Shown: one piece after another, positions 13,323-27,355 of the stretch
Layout: each line of letters begins with the position of its first letter
Numbering within the stretch: the stretch's first letter is position 1
Assembly: GCA_973895155.1 (NCBI GenBank)
Contig: OZ316897.1
Span: forward strand, 8,765,832 to 8,829,831
Length of the DNA: 64,000 nt
Origin: Marsupella aquatica
Lineage: Eukaryota; Plantae; Marchantiophyta
Reading direction: 5' to 3'
Notes under the pieces: generated by a model
Seen by the model: only the letters and a program-made list of their open reading frames with translations
What the model was told of the DNA's origin: nothing
The model's database searches: none
Translations under genes and position numbers: made by a program

Positions 13323-14383
13323 GCACCCATTGAGAGCCATCCAATTGTACCCTCCTAACAATCTGGTCCGTTCATGAAACTGGGTGATCTATGGCTCAAA
13401 TTGAAGACCTCTAGAAGGTCTACAGGTATGTCTGAGGAAAAATGGAAATAAGAGAGCTGGGACAAGAGACCTTATCGAGAACAGGGGAATCCACCCCTCA
13501 AATAACTACAGTGCAGAAAAATGCTTTGGTGGGGCCTCTCCCTGCCAAAATTCACCTGTCAGTCCGTTTTGTCTGGATGACCGTAGACGAGTTGGTGCTC
13601 AAGATGGGCCCATGGAAAACTGTGAAAGATTTGGAGCTCCCCAAGGTCTGAATGGCCCCACCAAGCAATGACCTCGATGAGCTGACAAGCCTTGCTGATG
13701 AGTGAATGGAATTTCTTCCACTGTAAGGTCAGTAGTCAGAACGCTTTTGGGCTTTTATTATTGGCATGGCAATGATTTCTGGTAGTGGCGGATATGAGAT
13801 ATCAACAATGGTCAGAGACTCTTACAGCTGCATGGAGAGCATATTGCGTAAGATCTCTCGTGTCATTCTGCAATTTGCTGACTCCGGGTGAGGTATGGTC
13901 TGCATGGTCTTCAAGCGAGTTTGTTCATTGGTCTCCAGGATCTGAGGATTCGAGCTTTCTAACAGACAGATTTGGTTGTAGTTGTGGATTTCTGTACTAA
14001 AGCTCTTTGAGAGAAGTATCATTGATCGGAGTTCAGTTCTGATTTCATTGAGTTCGACTGAGTGCGCGTGGAGAGAGCGTTGGAGCTTTGGATTGGAGTT
14101 GGATCTGCTGTAAGTGAGAATTGGGTGTTTGTTGGGAGCACTTGGGTGACAGTGAAGGAATTTCGGTCTCTTAGGAGACCTTGCAGTAGTAAGGCTGGCA
14201 GGCCGGTGTTGCCCTTGCTTTGGGCCGCCGAAGGTGAAGGAGGCAGAGAAAAAGGAAGAAGAGAACCAGGTGGAGGTGAGAGAGGAAGTGAGTACACCGG
14301 TGGAAGGCACACCGCAGGAAGTGAAACAGGAGGAAGTGAAACAGGAGGAAGTCATTACTGAGGAAGCGAAAGAGGATCCAACG

Positions 14384-17300
14384 ATGGTGACGAAAGTATG
14401 GGTTATGTAAGTCCTGTCTCACCTTTCACTTAGAACTACTGTATTGGGGTCCTCATCCGTTTTGTCTGTGGCAGGATATCAGGTGCCTTATTCCAGTACT
14501 TGTTTCTTCCAGCTTTCTTTCATGATCATGGCCTTAAGCTTGTTCGGCCTTAAGCTTTCTCATGGTGGAAGGCCTTAAGCTTGCGTCTTCTCACAACGTC
14601 AAATGTTAGTTTCCTCCGGCTACCGCTTCTCAGTCCTCTCCTGCACTGCGGGGCTAATGATGGAGCAGTCAGTAGTTTCTGTTCGCTTTACTACCGAGGT
14701 ACAAGGACAACTCTCAGGTTAAACAAACAGTCCCAATTTCAATCATACACCACGACAGACTCTGTTTTTGATCCGAAGTCTGTGCCACTTGCTTTTCAAC
14801 TCAAAGTAATTAGGAACAAGCTTTCAGTGGGGAGTCCGCCTTGCACAGTAGACAGATACGTAAGGCATTCAGTCAAGACCAAAGTGGTCTTGAGCCAATG
14901 GCACGTTTTTCAGTCGGAACTAAGTTCGTGCAAAATCTCCGTGCCTTAACTCATCGGTGCTTGCTTGGTTTCAAAGGGCTTCCCTTTTCCTAGCATCTTC
15001 TAGATCAGCTTGGCTCTCCACTGAAATTAGTCAGCAAGCCTCCCAAGAAAGCTTCGTAGCACCTCAAACCTCGTTTGCGTCTACTTTCCAAATGCAGTAC
15101 GCAGTGACTATTGGCCGTAAGCTTGCTTAGTCCTCCCTACAGAAGAATAGCCCTTGAAGCCCTGATTGATCTCAGCGACATGTTTTCTCACTGTACTGCC
15201 TTTGTCAGACCTGGCCAAGTTCCCAGGTCTCCCGCTTGACGTGTTATACCGTTTTGCCCACTGGACTGCTTGAACTTGATTGACCATAGTTTTGCTGAGC
15301 ATACCCTTACCAAGTAGATATCCGCAATGAATCAGAAAATTGTGGTGCCAAGTCACGCAAGTCGTCCTGGCTAAAACGAGAGCGCTAAGTTTTCCTGTAG
15401 TCGTCCTTTTTCTGTTGGACTCCCCTTTCGATTTCGTTCTGGTAGTTCGAATGTTCCTTGAGACGATTGTCATCGTGCTAAAGATGAACATATCATTCCT
15501 GGGACCGAATTCTAGCTTATGACGCCTTTCCGTTGTTACGATGGTGAAGAATTAGCTAAGGGTTGCTCCCACATTCTGTCGCATCCTCGTTCACAATTAG
15601 ATGCCTCGCCTTCCGGGCACATGCTGTTTTGCAATCGGGAGGAGAATCTCGGACTCTGAAACTCTGCTCAGGTCTGATCTACTTCGGAATCGTGCCTTTG
15701 TGCTGCAAAATGTGTCAAGGTAAGTGTCAATGGAAAGTTCGGAGTGAGGTGCATTCAAATCTGAAGTCAGCTCTTATGAGTATCGAGAAGACGGAAGAAC
15801 ACCCGTCAATCAAAGTTCCTTAGTCCCGCAGCGGGCTCCGTCCCAGCTCCTTTCGGCCGAGTCTCCCTCTAGATTTCTTTCTAGATCTGCAATTGCATCG
15901 TCGTGATCTTTCGCCTGAATGGGTTACCTCCTTGCCAATTGCCTTCTTTTGAGTTCCAGAGATCCAATTCTCTCGTGTGGCTCACTAGTCTAGTTCTTTC
16001 CGTCAAATGCTCTTGCTCTCTGGATATCCAATTGCCTCGTCAGGCTCAGTAGTCTAGTTCTCCCCGGCAGATGCTCTTGCTCTCTGGATATCCAATTGCC
16101 TCACGGTCATTCATTGCATGGTACTTTTCCTTCAGACCTCAGTAGGATTCATTGATTGTTACCCACCTTCAAATAGCTCCTAATTGAACATGCTCCGTGG
16201 AAATCTAGTCACCTGAGCCCTGTCATTCATGAAGCCACCCTGATCCTTCGTGCTGCTGATGATACATTCTTATGAACTGTTCAGTTACACTACTAAGTTT
16301 GGAATGGATTGAAGAAAATCTTTTGTTACTTCACTTAAGGTGGGGTGGGGTCTGAAACTATACAGAACAGCTTGGAAATGTCTTCTTGCTTTCTCTGAAT
16401 TGGCACGGATGCACGATTGTCTTTTGCAGCTACTACTCCATGTACGGCCATGTTGCAAAGCTGGCAGAGGAGATCCTGAAGGGGGCTAATTCTGTTGAGG
16501 GCGTCGAAGCTACTCTCTATCAGGTAAGCATTCTTTACTCCTCTCTCTAGGTCCCCTATCTATCTTTTGTTATAGCTTGTTTAGCTAGTGTCCTGGCTTT
16601 GAATCGCCAAAATGCAGGGAACAAAGCTGATAGTTATGACGTCGTAGCGTAAGATCAAAGCTGCAGATTAAATAAATTAGACTGCCTACTTTCCGGAACT
16701 CAAATGCGAAAATGCGGATTAGCAGGTTAAGTTGCCTTCCTTTCTTTCGGTCGATGGAAAGTATTGAGAGATTTAAGCGCCGACTCAGTTTCTAGCTTCC
16801 GACCTTCGGATTGGATGGCAGCGCATGTAGTGTAGATTCAAATTTTTGTTTCAAATAATAGGATTACTAGCCCAGTTGACAGTTTCCCGGCTTTGAATCA
16901 AAGCTGCAGAGTAGATGGCGTACCCTTTCTTTTGGATTCACGTTGAAATTGTATGGCGTAACAACTTTCGGGACTCCTGATCAAATCACTGAGAGACCAA
17001 TGCTGGGGTTTTGACAGGTAGCGGAGACACTTCCTCAGGAAGTGCTGGGGAAAATGTATGCGCCACCCAAGAATCCTGACGTCCCAATCATCGATGTTCA
17101 CACCCTGCCGGAAGCGGATGGGTTTCTTTTCGGCTTTCCCACACGTTATGGCTGTATGGCGGCACAATTCAAAACCTTCATCGACTCCACAGGTTCACAC
17201 TGGCAAAGTCAGGCTCTGGCTGGAAAACCTGCGGGCTTCTTCTACAGCACCGCCGGACAGGGTGGCGGCCAAGAGACCACTGCGTGAGTTCTGATTCCAC

Positions 17301-17709
17301 CCCATATCTCTGAGATTGGAGTTTCTTTTGTCTCTCCTGTCCTCTGGCTTGTCCAGGAACGGAGTATGGTGTCATGAGCTGGTCATTTATGAGCTGCAGG
17401 AAAGTTTCTGTGAATGCACATTGCTATTCTCGAGTGTAGACAGACTGACGGGTTTAACCCTCGATGTCGATGTGCAGGTTGACCTCCATACCAAATCTTG
17501 TCAACCATGGAATGATATTCGTTCCCATTGGGTATACATTTGGAGCTGGCATGTTCGAGATGGGTGAACTAAAGGGTGGGGGTCCTTATGGAGCTGGAAC
17601 ATACGCTAATGCAGATGGATCGCGACAACCTACCAAGCTCGAATTAGAGGTAGCATTCTATCAGGGAAAACACACTGCTACTATTGCAAAGAAGCTGAAA
17701 GCAGTTTAG
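14384..17709 (+). CDS. FQR1: Flavodoxin-like NAD(P)H:quinone oxidoreductase (FQR1/WrbA family), paralog B, complete, 4 exons
   Basis: Exons 14384-14406, 16430-16523, 17018-17283 and 17478-17709 join in frame at GT-AG borders: [22 protein letters not shown]...[15 protein letters not shown]...[42 protein letters not shown]...[11 protein letters not shown]...KKLKAV*. Confidence 0.96.
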
Positions 17710-20606
17710 GTCCTTGAATTGGGCTTATACCTGGTTACATCACGACGATGATGCCACCGGTAATTATTTTGGAGTTCTCGAATTACCGATTGGGATGTCT
17801 GTGTATTGCGAGGCTTATGGAAGGAATCAGGAAAACTTCTAAACTGTATTTAGACCAAGATTTGTAAAAACGTCTCTACTACCAATCTGGTGAATAATAT
17901 GTGACTTAACGCTCCATCTCTTCTACTCTCTTTCATTTGGCCTTTGGGCAGTGTGTTGTGCCATCTGTCCCCTTGTTCTCGTCTGAGAGTCAGTGGACAG
18001 TAGAATTCAATCCTTGATTCTTTTTCATCCAGAGCATCAGAAAGTCGTGACAGATCGATCAATAGTAAGGCGATGGTAGTCAGACCAAAGAGCTACTGTT
18101 TGATAATGAAGTATGGTGAGAGTACTCGAACTGTATTGATAGAGCCAATTAGTAAAACATAGTTTCCTTATAGCAAGGAAGATTACAATAATTGATGCAG
18201 TCTTTTATATTTCATAGATGCCCACTCGTAACTCTGAAAGAATATGAAATTGTCTGTCGGTAGTATTTGAAACACTTGGCATTGATGGACTTTGAGAGGT
18301 TACATTGGAATCGGCCGTGGAAACAAAAGAAACCACCTCGAAAAGGCAATCGCTGTCAAATGAAAGCAGTGTGCCAGTTCTAATTTGTGGATTCGTTGGA
18401 AATCGTCATCGCCAATGACCTTGTCGTGTGGAATCTATAACGACCTCGTGCTGGAGGTGGCAATCACATCTTCGTCCTACCCCGTTGACATCAATCAACA
18501 TTCCAAGCACAATATTCCTAAATGGTTGAGGCCTCAGCCTTGCCACCCGCAATAATTAACCAACATCATTCTCTCCATAGATTAGGATGAATTGAGAGAT
18601 CGTGAAACATGCGCAAAGCCATATGTTTGCCTCTGCCCTTTCTTGATTTGATAGATGCTAGTGCGACTGAACGGAATGGAAGCAGTCGTCTTAGCTGGCT
18701 TTCACTCTTAGAGTCCACTCAGCTTTCACACTCTTGAGTCTGCTGTCTACTCAGCGAAGTGTAAAAACATCAAGTGTCTCGGCTTGCCATACACGTGCTT
18801 CTCATTCTATGCTTGGCTGTGCAAAAAGACAAGTCGTAAATGCTGAACGATGTTTGAGCTCATCTGACTAAAAGCCGGCAGCCTCTCTAGATCCCATGCC
18901 AACTCAAGTTATAGGATTTCGCTGGTCCCACGATGACACTTACAAGGGACAACCCTATAGCTAACTCAGACAAACGGATTTGCTGACTCAAGCAATTGTC
19001 TCTGGTCCCACTATAATTTTCATACGAGACAAGGTTTTGCTAACTCAGAGAAATATACTTTTGATGGCAGCGTCTTGATGTTAATACTAGATCTTCGCTA
19101 GAACAGCAATTAGATCTGAACGCTTAGGACCCTCAGGAATGTGGTGATGACAATTAGGAATTGGTACCCTGAACCGTCATTTCGAAGAGGGTTTAAGTGA
19201 AAGCTAACCTCACCTGAGAACATTGCCGGTAGATCTCCACTGTAAGATTTCATGCTTCAGCTAGTTCATATGACTGGTTTCGCAGTCAGGAATTCAAGGA
19301 AAACAGCCTCAACAGTTCGGGATTCGATTGTGTACTAGGACATGATTGTTTTTGTGCCTTTTCTGTTAGTGCATTGTACTCACCAAAAAAGGTGATCTCA
19401 CATCACAACCTCTACTGTACTCACCATAAAAAAGGTGGTCTCAAATCACATCCTATTAAACCATATGAAAGCCTCATTTCTTGCCTAGTGATTGCTCATT
19501 CCTGTCCTGTGTTGAACAATGTGCTCGTCATAAAAGGTGAAGTACTCATCTCAAAAGGTGAACCCAAGCACATTCCTAGTGAAAAGTGGACCTATGCACT
19601 TTAAAATGAGAGCTGGGGGTCACCATATGTAACTCACCTATGCACTTTAAAATGAGAGCTAGGGGTCACCATATAGAACTCTTATAGGTGCAGTTGTGGT
19701 TTAAATTCTTTACAATTGCTGGATATGAGTCCATGGAGCATTCTCACAAAAGCTAGCTCTTGGGCTGACTAAGTTACCCCCAAAATTGCACAACCTTCTT
19801 AAGTTAAGTTGCCCCAAAACTAATTTAATTAGTAAGGTGCCCCCATAGATTAATCTTAACCGCATATTCCAACTATCTGAGTTATTTATGGCTGTCTGAT
19901 TTACTACCGTATTTCCGTAACAACCATGGTGGCATGTTGCTACATTTTTGGAGATGAAAGCAATCACCTCTGTTCAACCTTGAAAAATGTGGAGGTTGGC
20001 TTTACATGACAATGTAAGCACTTGTGTGATTGAACACTTCCCACTCCTGGTTGGTGGCCCAATTTCAATCTCATCTCAACTTTCTCAAGAAATTTGTACC
20101 TACTCCAAAGGGGTGGTCCAAAAACATCTCCAAAAAGGCAAGCCTAGATTTTAGCACTACTTTAGGATGGCTTTGCAACAAGTGAGGGTCACTTGGGACC
20201 CTTCTCACCCAAGCAACCTACAGTAGATCGTCACTTCTTGTCCTAGAGATAGATTACATATCAAAATACCTTTGAAATGAAGTTCAATGCAAATGCCTTG
20301 AATCAAAGAGCCAAAGTGTGAAATGTATGAACCACCTCTGGAGGTGATCTAAAATACTAAAATTCTAGACCAAAGAAACACTAATTTTGTATAACACTAA
20401 TTCGTGTGAATAGTATAGTAGTTTTCTTGGGCATGTTTTCCAGGCACCCAATGTTGGTAAACAGGACTTACTAAATACACTGTAGGGTCCATTGTAGGGT
20501 CCAGATCTAATTCCAGAAGGGGGTAAAATGAGTAGAACAAGCACAACTGAAGGAGAGCAATGGTAAAGTAAGGGAACTTTTACAAGAATTAGGGGCAAGA
20601 AAAGTG

Positions 20607-20940
20607 TGCTCAATTTGGTACACGCAAAAATGACCAAAGCGCTTCTCGCATTATATAAAACACAAATGATCATGAAGAAGAGAAATGGGCACTCAATTTG
20701 GTACACGCAAAAATGATCAAAGCGCCCCTCTCATTGTATAAAAGTCAAATGATCATGAAGAAGAGAAATGGGCACTCAATTTGGTACACGCAAAAATGAC
20801 CAAAGCACCCCTCTCATTATATAAAACACAAATGATCAAAAATGACCAAAGCACCCCTCTCATTATATAAAACACAAATGATCATGAAGAAGAAAAATGG
20901 GCACTCAATTTGGTCCAGGCAAAAATGACCAAAGTGCCAT
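20607..20940. repeat. Tandem array of ~80-bp units
   Basis: ctcaatttggtacacgcaaaaatgaccaaagc...aaatgatcatgaagaagagaaatgggca occurs about 4 times. Confidence 0.85.
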
Positions 20941-22628
20941 TCTTGTCATTATGTAAAGCCAGCCTAAGAGAACTTGGTGGAAAGGGCAATCTTCACCTCT
21001 CTCCAAAAAGATGAAGAAATTCGCCATTCATAAAGTCATCATAGTTAATTTGTTTTTTCAAGGCAAAACAAAAAAGAAATTTCACCATTATTACGAAATA
21101 ATTTTTTCCATTTCTTTTCCCCTCTTATGCAAAAGTCAGTGACAACAATTCGTCTTGAAAAAATCATGGGCTTTAATCTCTCGTGGCCAGAATGGCAGAA
21201 TATCACCGAGGCTCACATTCAACAATTACGTAAATTTCATCCCGAGGTGCTGCACATTTCTCTAAGTTGCATGCTGTGAGTTGAGGTGAGGTGATGTGAA
21301 GTAACCAAATCGTGCTCAGTATCCACTCACATTCTACTTCTACGCATGTTTCAGTCCGAGGTGCTGCACATCCCTCTCAGAAATCGCATGCCTCAGGTGA
21401 GGTGCAGAGGGCAAACGCTGCTCCGCGTTTTTCCAATCCTTACTTTCAGCGCAATTTACATCGCCACTTTTGTCTGGGCGCACATTTGTCTGCCACTCAG
21501 CCGGCTATGGCTGCAATGATGAATGGCAAGGGCTAACTAATTTGTCACAGAGAATCGACGGAGCGCTACTTCTGTGTTTCTACCTATTGGTGCTTGAAGG
21601 TTGTCCGCAGCAGCAATCAAGAGCCGGCTTTCGCACGATCCCCAGTTCCTCATCGCTAGAGATTTTTAATGTCTTGACCAAGCCGGCAGCCATCCGACTA
21701 TCCGAGTCTGACAAAGCACTGATTAATAATTATGAAGGAGACCATGCATCGACGATGATAGTGGGACCAACTTTTTGACAATGCGGTCCGAGAATGGAGG
21801 CAAATTGATGGCGCAGTGTAACGTGAAGGCCAAAATAATGGAACGTGACTCTGGAAATTGATGACGACCCGGAAGCTTCTTTCTGGTCGACCGTCTGAAA
21901 AGTGAACAGTGACAGCTTTCGCCTTCGTCGCCCACGTTCAATTCGTCAAGTTCGAATTCTCCATGAATTGGCCAAGTTTGATTTATCAATTAATCTGCTC
22001 ATTCGGTTCTCCGTGAGTGAGCAAAATGGGCGGCGCTTTACTGCTGTCTGGTTCAGACTTCAAACCTTCGTGGATTCCTCCCGAATTCGCAGTCCATCAT
22101 CATTTATTGGGAACGTGACTACTGTCATTATCGACCCCCCACGTGAAGATTGCTTCAGCAGCAGTTCGCTTCTTTGTAATAAATTGTAATGGACTGCGTC
22201 AGTCCCGAACTCTCTTGGCGGGAGACCTTCACTGCCAAGAGAAATGACCTGCAACCGATTGACGTGTGCTATCAATTCAAAACCTCACATTGATCCGCAC
22301 TTTCTCACCATTGCAATGGGCAGAGTTGATAATAGCTCCTCCTCATCCAAATCTTCTAGCGCTGAATTGATGCGTTATAGTCGATCCAATCTAAATGTGA
22401 TGGACAGTTCCCCATTTTCTGACCAGCTTCAATCGGCAGATTTGAGGACGCCTCCTTGTGCCATAATCTTCCGAATCGGAATGAGTTGAAGTGTTCTACC
22501 GAAAGAATTCTCATCGTTCCGCGTCTTTCTGATGGAGACTCTTCAACCTCGATCCGAGTCAGAGCAATTCTTATCGTTCCGCTTCCACCGTGCTGACCGA
22601 ATTCTCCCGCAATCCAATATTTGAATAA

Positions 22629-23285
22629 TCAACACAGTTCCAGACCTTTCTGAGCTCCCGGCAAATTCGGATTTGTCATCTCGTCCTCCAGCCAAATCTG
22701 GTCGGTCGTATCCCTCCGGACGGACCAGCAGCACATCCACCCGAAGCCGCAGTACCCCAGAAAGAAGGGCGTCATGACAGTCATCCCGAATGGCGTCAGC
22801 GACTTGTGGAATTTCTGCATGGGCTCCTCCTCCAGCAGATAATGCCCGACCAGTTCCGGCACCATCGCTAGCAACGCAAACAATAAGCTTACCGGAATGG
22901 CCGCGTACACCGGCATTAGATCGGAAAGCTGATCGGCAATCAGTAACGATCCCAAGACCGCGATGGTAAAGAACGGGAACCAAAAAATGGCGATGAGTGG
23001 GTCGAGGTACCAGTAGAAGCCGAGATATGGCAAAGGGAAAAAGAGGATGATGAGGAATACCAGAATGGGGTCGGGGAGAGTGACCCATCTGAAGAAGAGG
23101 ACAAGTGCGGTAGAGATAAAGGCGAAGAACACAATCGTGGCAATGATGTGGATGAACTGGTTCGCTGGTGAGGAATGGTGCCTTCGGATGTCTCTCAGCT
23201 CGTCCAGAAGGGTTGGGTGGCGAAACAGAGCCTTGCTCGTTGCCTTATAGTCTAGTCTCGCATCAGGTAAACAACAAGACACCAT
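22629..23285 (-). CDS. Mpo1/DUF962-like (2-hydroxy fatty acid dioxygenase-like) membrane protein, single coding exon
   Basis: H-x4-N-x3-H motif (HHSSPANQFIH), several hydrophobic helices, and a GH-x3-E motif (ELVGHYLLEEEP) as in Mpo1/MHP1. First ATG at 23285 (MVSCCLP); the listed ORF starts at an upstream GTG. Confidence 0.7.
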   Translation of the reverse strand: MVSCCLPDARLDYKATSKALFRHPTLLDELRDIRRHHSSPANQFIHIIATIVFFAFISTALVLFFRWVTLPDPILVFLIILFFPLPYLGFYWYLDPLIAIFWFPFFTIAVLGSLLIADQLSDLMPVYAAIPVSLLFALLAMVPELVGHYLLEEEPMQKFHKSLTPFGMTVMTPFFLGYCGFGWMCCWSVRRDTTDQIWLEDEMTNPNLPGAQKGLELC

Positions 23286-25939
23286 TGTGACTAAATCTTT
23301 ATCTGGGCTGGCTGCAGAGCCCAGAGGTCCGTCAGCCACTATGAAAGGCCTACAGTCTTCAGCTGTGAAATTTTCGTCTGTCCATTAAGATCCTACTAGC
23401 ACCAAGGTTTTGCAACGAGGCAGCAGTGGGATGACTGCGCTTTCTTCCCCCGATTCACTAGACGTGAAACCTCGTTGTCTTCTTCACATTGGTGGTCTCC
23501 AATCTACTCGTCAGAACGGCCAAGAAAGCCGCCGATATTCAACCATAGATGGAGTCATGTGTGACTCGTACGAGCATCGGTAGCGCTGCAACCTAGGAAC
23601 CACTTCTCATCACTGCATACAATGCTCTTACCGTACATGATTCATATATACTTTCAAGCTTGGGCCGAAATGGTCATCTCTCTCTCTGATGTGGCTGGAT
23701 CTAGAAAGAGTACACCTTGTCTCTACACCTAGCTTGCAGAACTAGTGCTAATTATTTCCTACCCACAAAATTGAAGTGAAAAAATTGAAGCGAGGGAACC
23801 GGAAGGGCGCAATGCCCTAAGGACTGCCATAAGAGGCTTGACCTCAAGACATTCAGTCGTTCCCTCGTTTGAGTTCAGTGGACTGTACACTTAATTAAAT
23901 CAATTGGATTCTCTCCCCCTTTGGATGAACTCTAAAATAAATCTGTCGCTCGTACACATTATACGTTGTCCCATCTTCGTCGCGAGAAATTGGCCGGTAC
24001 AATTTCCAGCTCATTCACTGCAAGATGATGAGTGAAGTAGCAGACAACGAAAGGACAAATGTCACTCGCACCGACTTGTAGGCCAACATCAAAGATGCAG
24101 TACCTCGGGTTCTCGAATGGCATGGCGTAGACCTTAACGGGGAAGCAAAGGACAGAATGCGCTGAAAGAACAGTGAAAAAAATTCGAGGGGTTCTCCCCA
24201 CGATTTTGTTTGTAGTACACTTCCTGACAAAACCGGCTCGTTCGCTGTAATCGCACGGATCGATCTGATTGTCCTTCAGTGCTAACACGATCCCTTCACG
24301 AGGCTAGTACTCGCGCGGGTAACAGGACGGCACAGTTTTCCAGATGCAGCCAAACTCACCAGCGATATGTGCGGATTGATCAACAGCTCTCAACTCCGCT
24401 CAAGGCTTCAAAGTTTTTCTCTGACCGTCACCTCACACCGTTCGAACAGCTCCCCGTCTATGCCAGAAACATCTCGAGTCCTTCTGCTAACCTCTTTTCT
24501 CAAATTGTTCGCTGTCATTGCTCACCCATGCAGCCGAAGTTCTCATCAACCAAGCTGGGCTCACAACTGCACAAAACCTCCCTCTCCAATGGAACAAAAT
24601 GTTCACCTCCTATCCATAGCTCTCAGCTGAACAAAACCTCCATCTCGAGTGGACCCAAAATGATCACCACCTCACACCTCAAATGTTGTGCCTCATCCTC
24701 AAATGTTGTGCCTCATCAAAGGCAACCAGCTGAAACATCCGAACTTCTCATCAATTGATTACTGCAGCGAAATTGGTAGGCAGCTTCGTAAACTCAACTT
24801 GCAGCCCAGGCACCTCTTCTCTCCCTCACTCCCTCAATGCCAGCGGCACTTTGCTTCCCACAAAAGTTCGGTTCCTGTTCTTCCTCCTCCTGCTCGATCA
24901 CGCGACTATGAATCCTCCTAACGAGATTCCTCTAGACGGCTCTCTACTGTATCTTGCTCTTGCTACGCCACTCTCCTCCATCCTCGTCCTCCGCACGTCG
25001 TCTCCCCAGAAACACCTTTTCCATAATCTCGGTCCGAATGTACCTCGTATCACATTTGACGAACCGAACCTAACTGAAGGGCTCTTCTCAAATTCAGACG
25101 GAGCATTAATCTACTGTTGGGCTCAACTCGCGAAGAAAGATGCCGGCCTGTTTCTAACCGCGTCGATGGAGATCGAATTCGCAGCTTCTCGGATCCATGC
25201 TCGCGTTGACGTAGACCGGGCTCTGGATCTTTCACCTCCAAGACGGCAGAGCCCGACGAAAGCAGCGGCATCACCATCACTAGCTTGGGTGGTGCGTGAA
25301 GAAAGGTCCCGTGCAACTTGGTCACTGATGATGACGACAACGAGAAGAGGAGCATCACTGCATCACAGCTTTTAGCGATCCTTCCCTTTTCTCTTTTTGT
25401 ACTGGCAATAATTCGGCTCTCTTCGAGCTTCGGCCTTCCCGCCTGATTTTGTGCCACTATCAAAGCACGACCTGCTGCGGCGCGACATTACGACTAGGCG
25501 ACGAGCTCTACAGCTCTACAGTTCTACAGCAGCACAGCCGCAGCAGCCAGCACTTTGCTTCTCGCGACCACTGTAGTCAATGATGACATCGGCGAACCAG
25601 AATTCCAGACAGCAGCAACGCCAACGATAGATTTGCACAATTCCAGATTTTGAGATTTGTATGTACAGTAGTGGAGACGATCAGTTTCGCGGCATATTGT
25701 TTTCGTTTTTAAATTATATTAATTTAAATTTATCAGAACTATATAAAAAGTGAAGTGTGGATGGACCTCCATGTTCCATGTCGGGGGTCTGGTACTGCAC
25801 ATCAAAATATAGCATATGCACTTTATGACATCTTTCCATACTATGATAAATCTTGTTATTTTTTTAAAAATCAATGAGTGCACACCTTATGTTATGACAT
25901 TTTGATGTGTGATTACCTGCAAGGTCCATGTTTGGCACA

Positions 25940-26326
25940 ATGCTCTTACATATCACATTTTGGTGGTCTATGGGAATTTAGGGTTTATAACTTGATGATT
26001 GTGAGTTTTAAAATAACCATTAGTTTCATCACCAAAGAAACTAGAGAAGGAGGAGACAAGAAAAAACACAAGCCCTAATATTAGTCAATGAAAATTAATC
26101 AGATAGTAGAATTTACCCCTATGCATTTGATGATGAACAAGTGAACCAAAATGACCAAAATTTTGACTGTCACATTGATGGAAGTGTAGTTTAACTACTC
26201 CTCTAGCACATACTCAAAACTAAAAAATATTTGAATTTTAACATCAAGTAATTACAGTTCAAATTTTGGGAAATATGGTCCATGGGGGTTTTCAAAGACC
26301 AACCTTGTGATCCATGGGAGCATCAT
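25940..26326 (-). mobile_element. ~390-bp MITE, family A, inverted copy
   Basis: Reverse-complement similarity along its length to 40432-40830; ends in tccatgggagca. Confidence 0.7.
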
Positions 26327-26344
26327 TTTTTAGCTGTACCATAT

Positions 26345-26690
26345 TTCTTCTTCTTCTTCTTCTTCTTCTTCTTGGCCTTGAAAACTTAAAGCATAACTAC
26401 CTAACAGAGGATAGACATTCTGCTCCAGAACATGCGGTTTGATGCAGGTAGTCACAAGGGGACAATACCCAGGGGTCCAATAGGAAACCCGACCAGGAGG
26501 GAGAGGGTTAAACCAGGGCCCCAAAGCAAGCAAGTCAGGGGCCAGGGAGAAAAACCGTACTCCCACCACTACACCCCACTGGACACATATACACACATAC
26601 CCTCCACACCCCTTGCCGTGGAGGGGGGAATGAACTTGGGACCTCTTGGGGATTTCAATTCTCAACCCACCAGGGTTTTAGTCTTTAGGG
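26345..26690 (-). mobile_element. tRNA-derived SINE-like element, copy 1, with (AAG)n tail
   Basis: Minus-strand B-box-like aggtcccaagttcattccc; body shared with 36557-36750 (ccaggagggagagggtta...ggccc, ccactacac, cacccc-ttgc-gtgga); (ttc)n run at 26345-26372. Confidence 0.5.
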
Positions 26691-27355
26691 CTGCTTGGTA
26701 GGTTCCTTGTTTCTTGTTCCTTTTTTGTTTGGGGGCACTCCTTGGCTTTTTGGGCCGCTTAGGTCTTCTTTGGGCCTTTTTCTCTTGCCTCCCCCCCCCC
26801 CTTATTGGGTTGGTTTGTCTTTAGAATCCTGTTTCTGTGTTTGGCATTTTTTTCCTTTGGCATGGTGATATATAATTATACAGCAACTATACTTAAATCA
26901 AAGCCATTTTGGTCTTTGAAACACCTATGGACCACATGTCCCAAAATTTGAGATCTCTTCTAAATTATATATCAACTACAGTGAATTTGAAAGCCCACTG
27001 ACCACAAGGCTGGTCTTTGAAACCCCCTGAAGGTATTTCCCAAATTTTGAGTTTAATTATAATAACTTGATATGCAAGAATATTGTTTAGGGATATGCTA
27101 GAAGGTAGATAAGCTATTAGTTTGAAGCCCCCATATATGGACCACAAGGTTGGTATTTGAAACCCCCATGTACCACATTTCCCACAATTCGAGTCCAATT
27201 TGCAATAATTCATATTTATAAAAATTTAAATTATGTTTAGTTAGTATATATGCTAGAGGAGTAGGTGAGCTTTCCATCAATTGAAAGTGATAGTGAATTT
27301 CTTACCATTTTGGTTGAATTTTCTATCATAAATGCTTAACCCTTCATGCAATTGA

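Noticed and set aside
13822-14422. Ser/Phe-rich and Gly/Glu-rich ORFs
   Set aside because: By-products of the purine-rich 5' UTR of FQR paralog B.
21470-22500. Apparent coding remnants downstream of the Mpo1-like gene
   Set aside because: Manual translation shows scattered stops and no family signal; consistent with a long 3' UTR.
24279-25463. ORFs of 137-206 aa upstream of the Mpo1-like gene
   Set aside because: Non-ATG starts, overlapping on both strands, and no recognisable motifs; more likely UTR or intron sequence.
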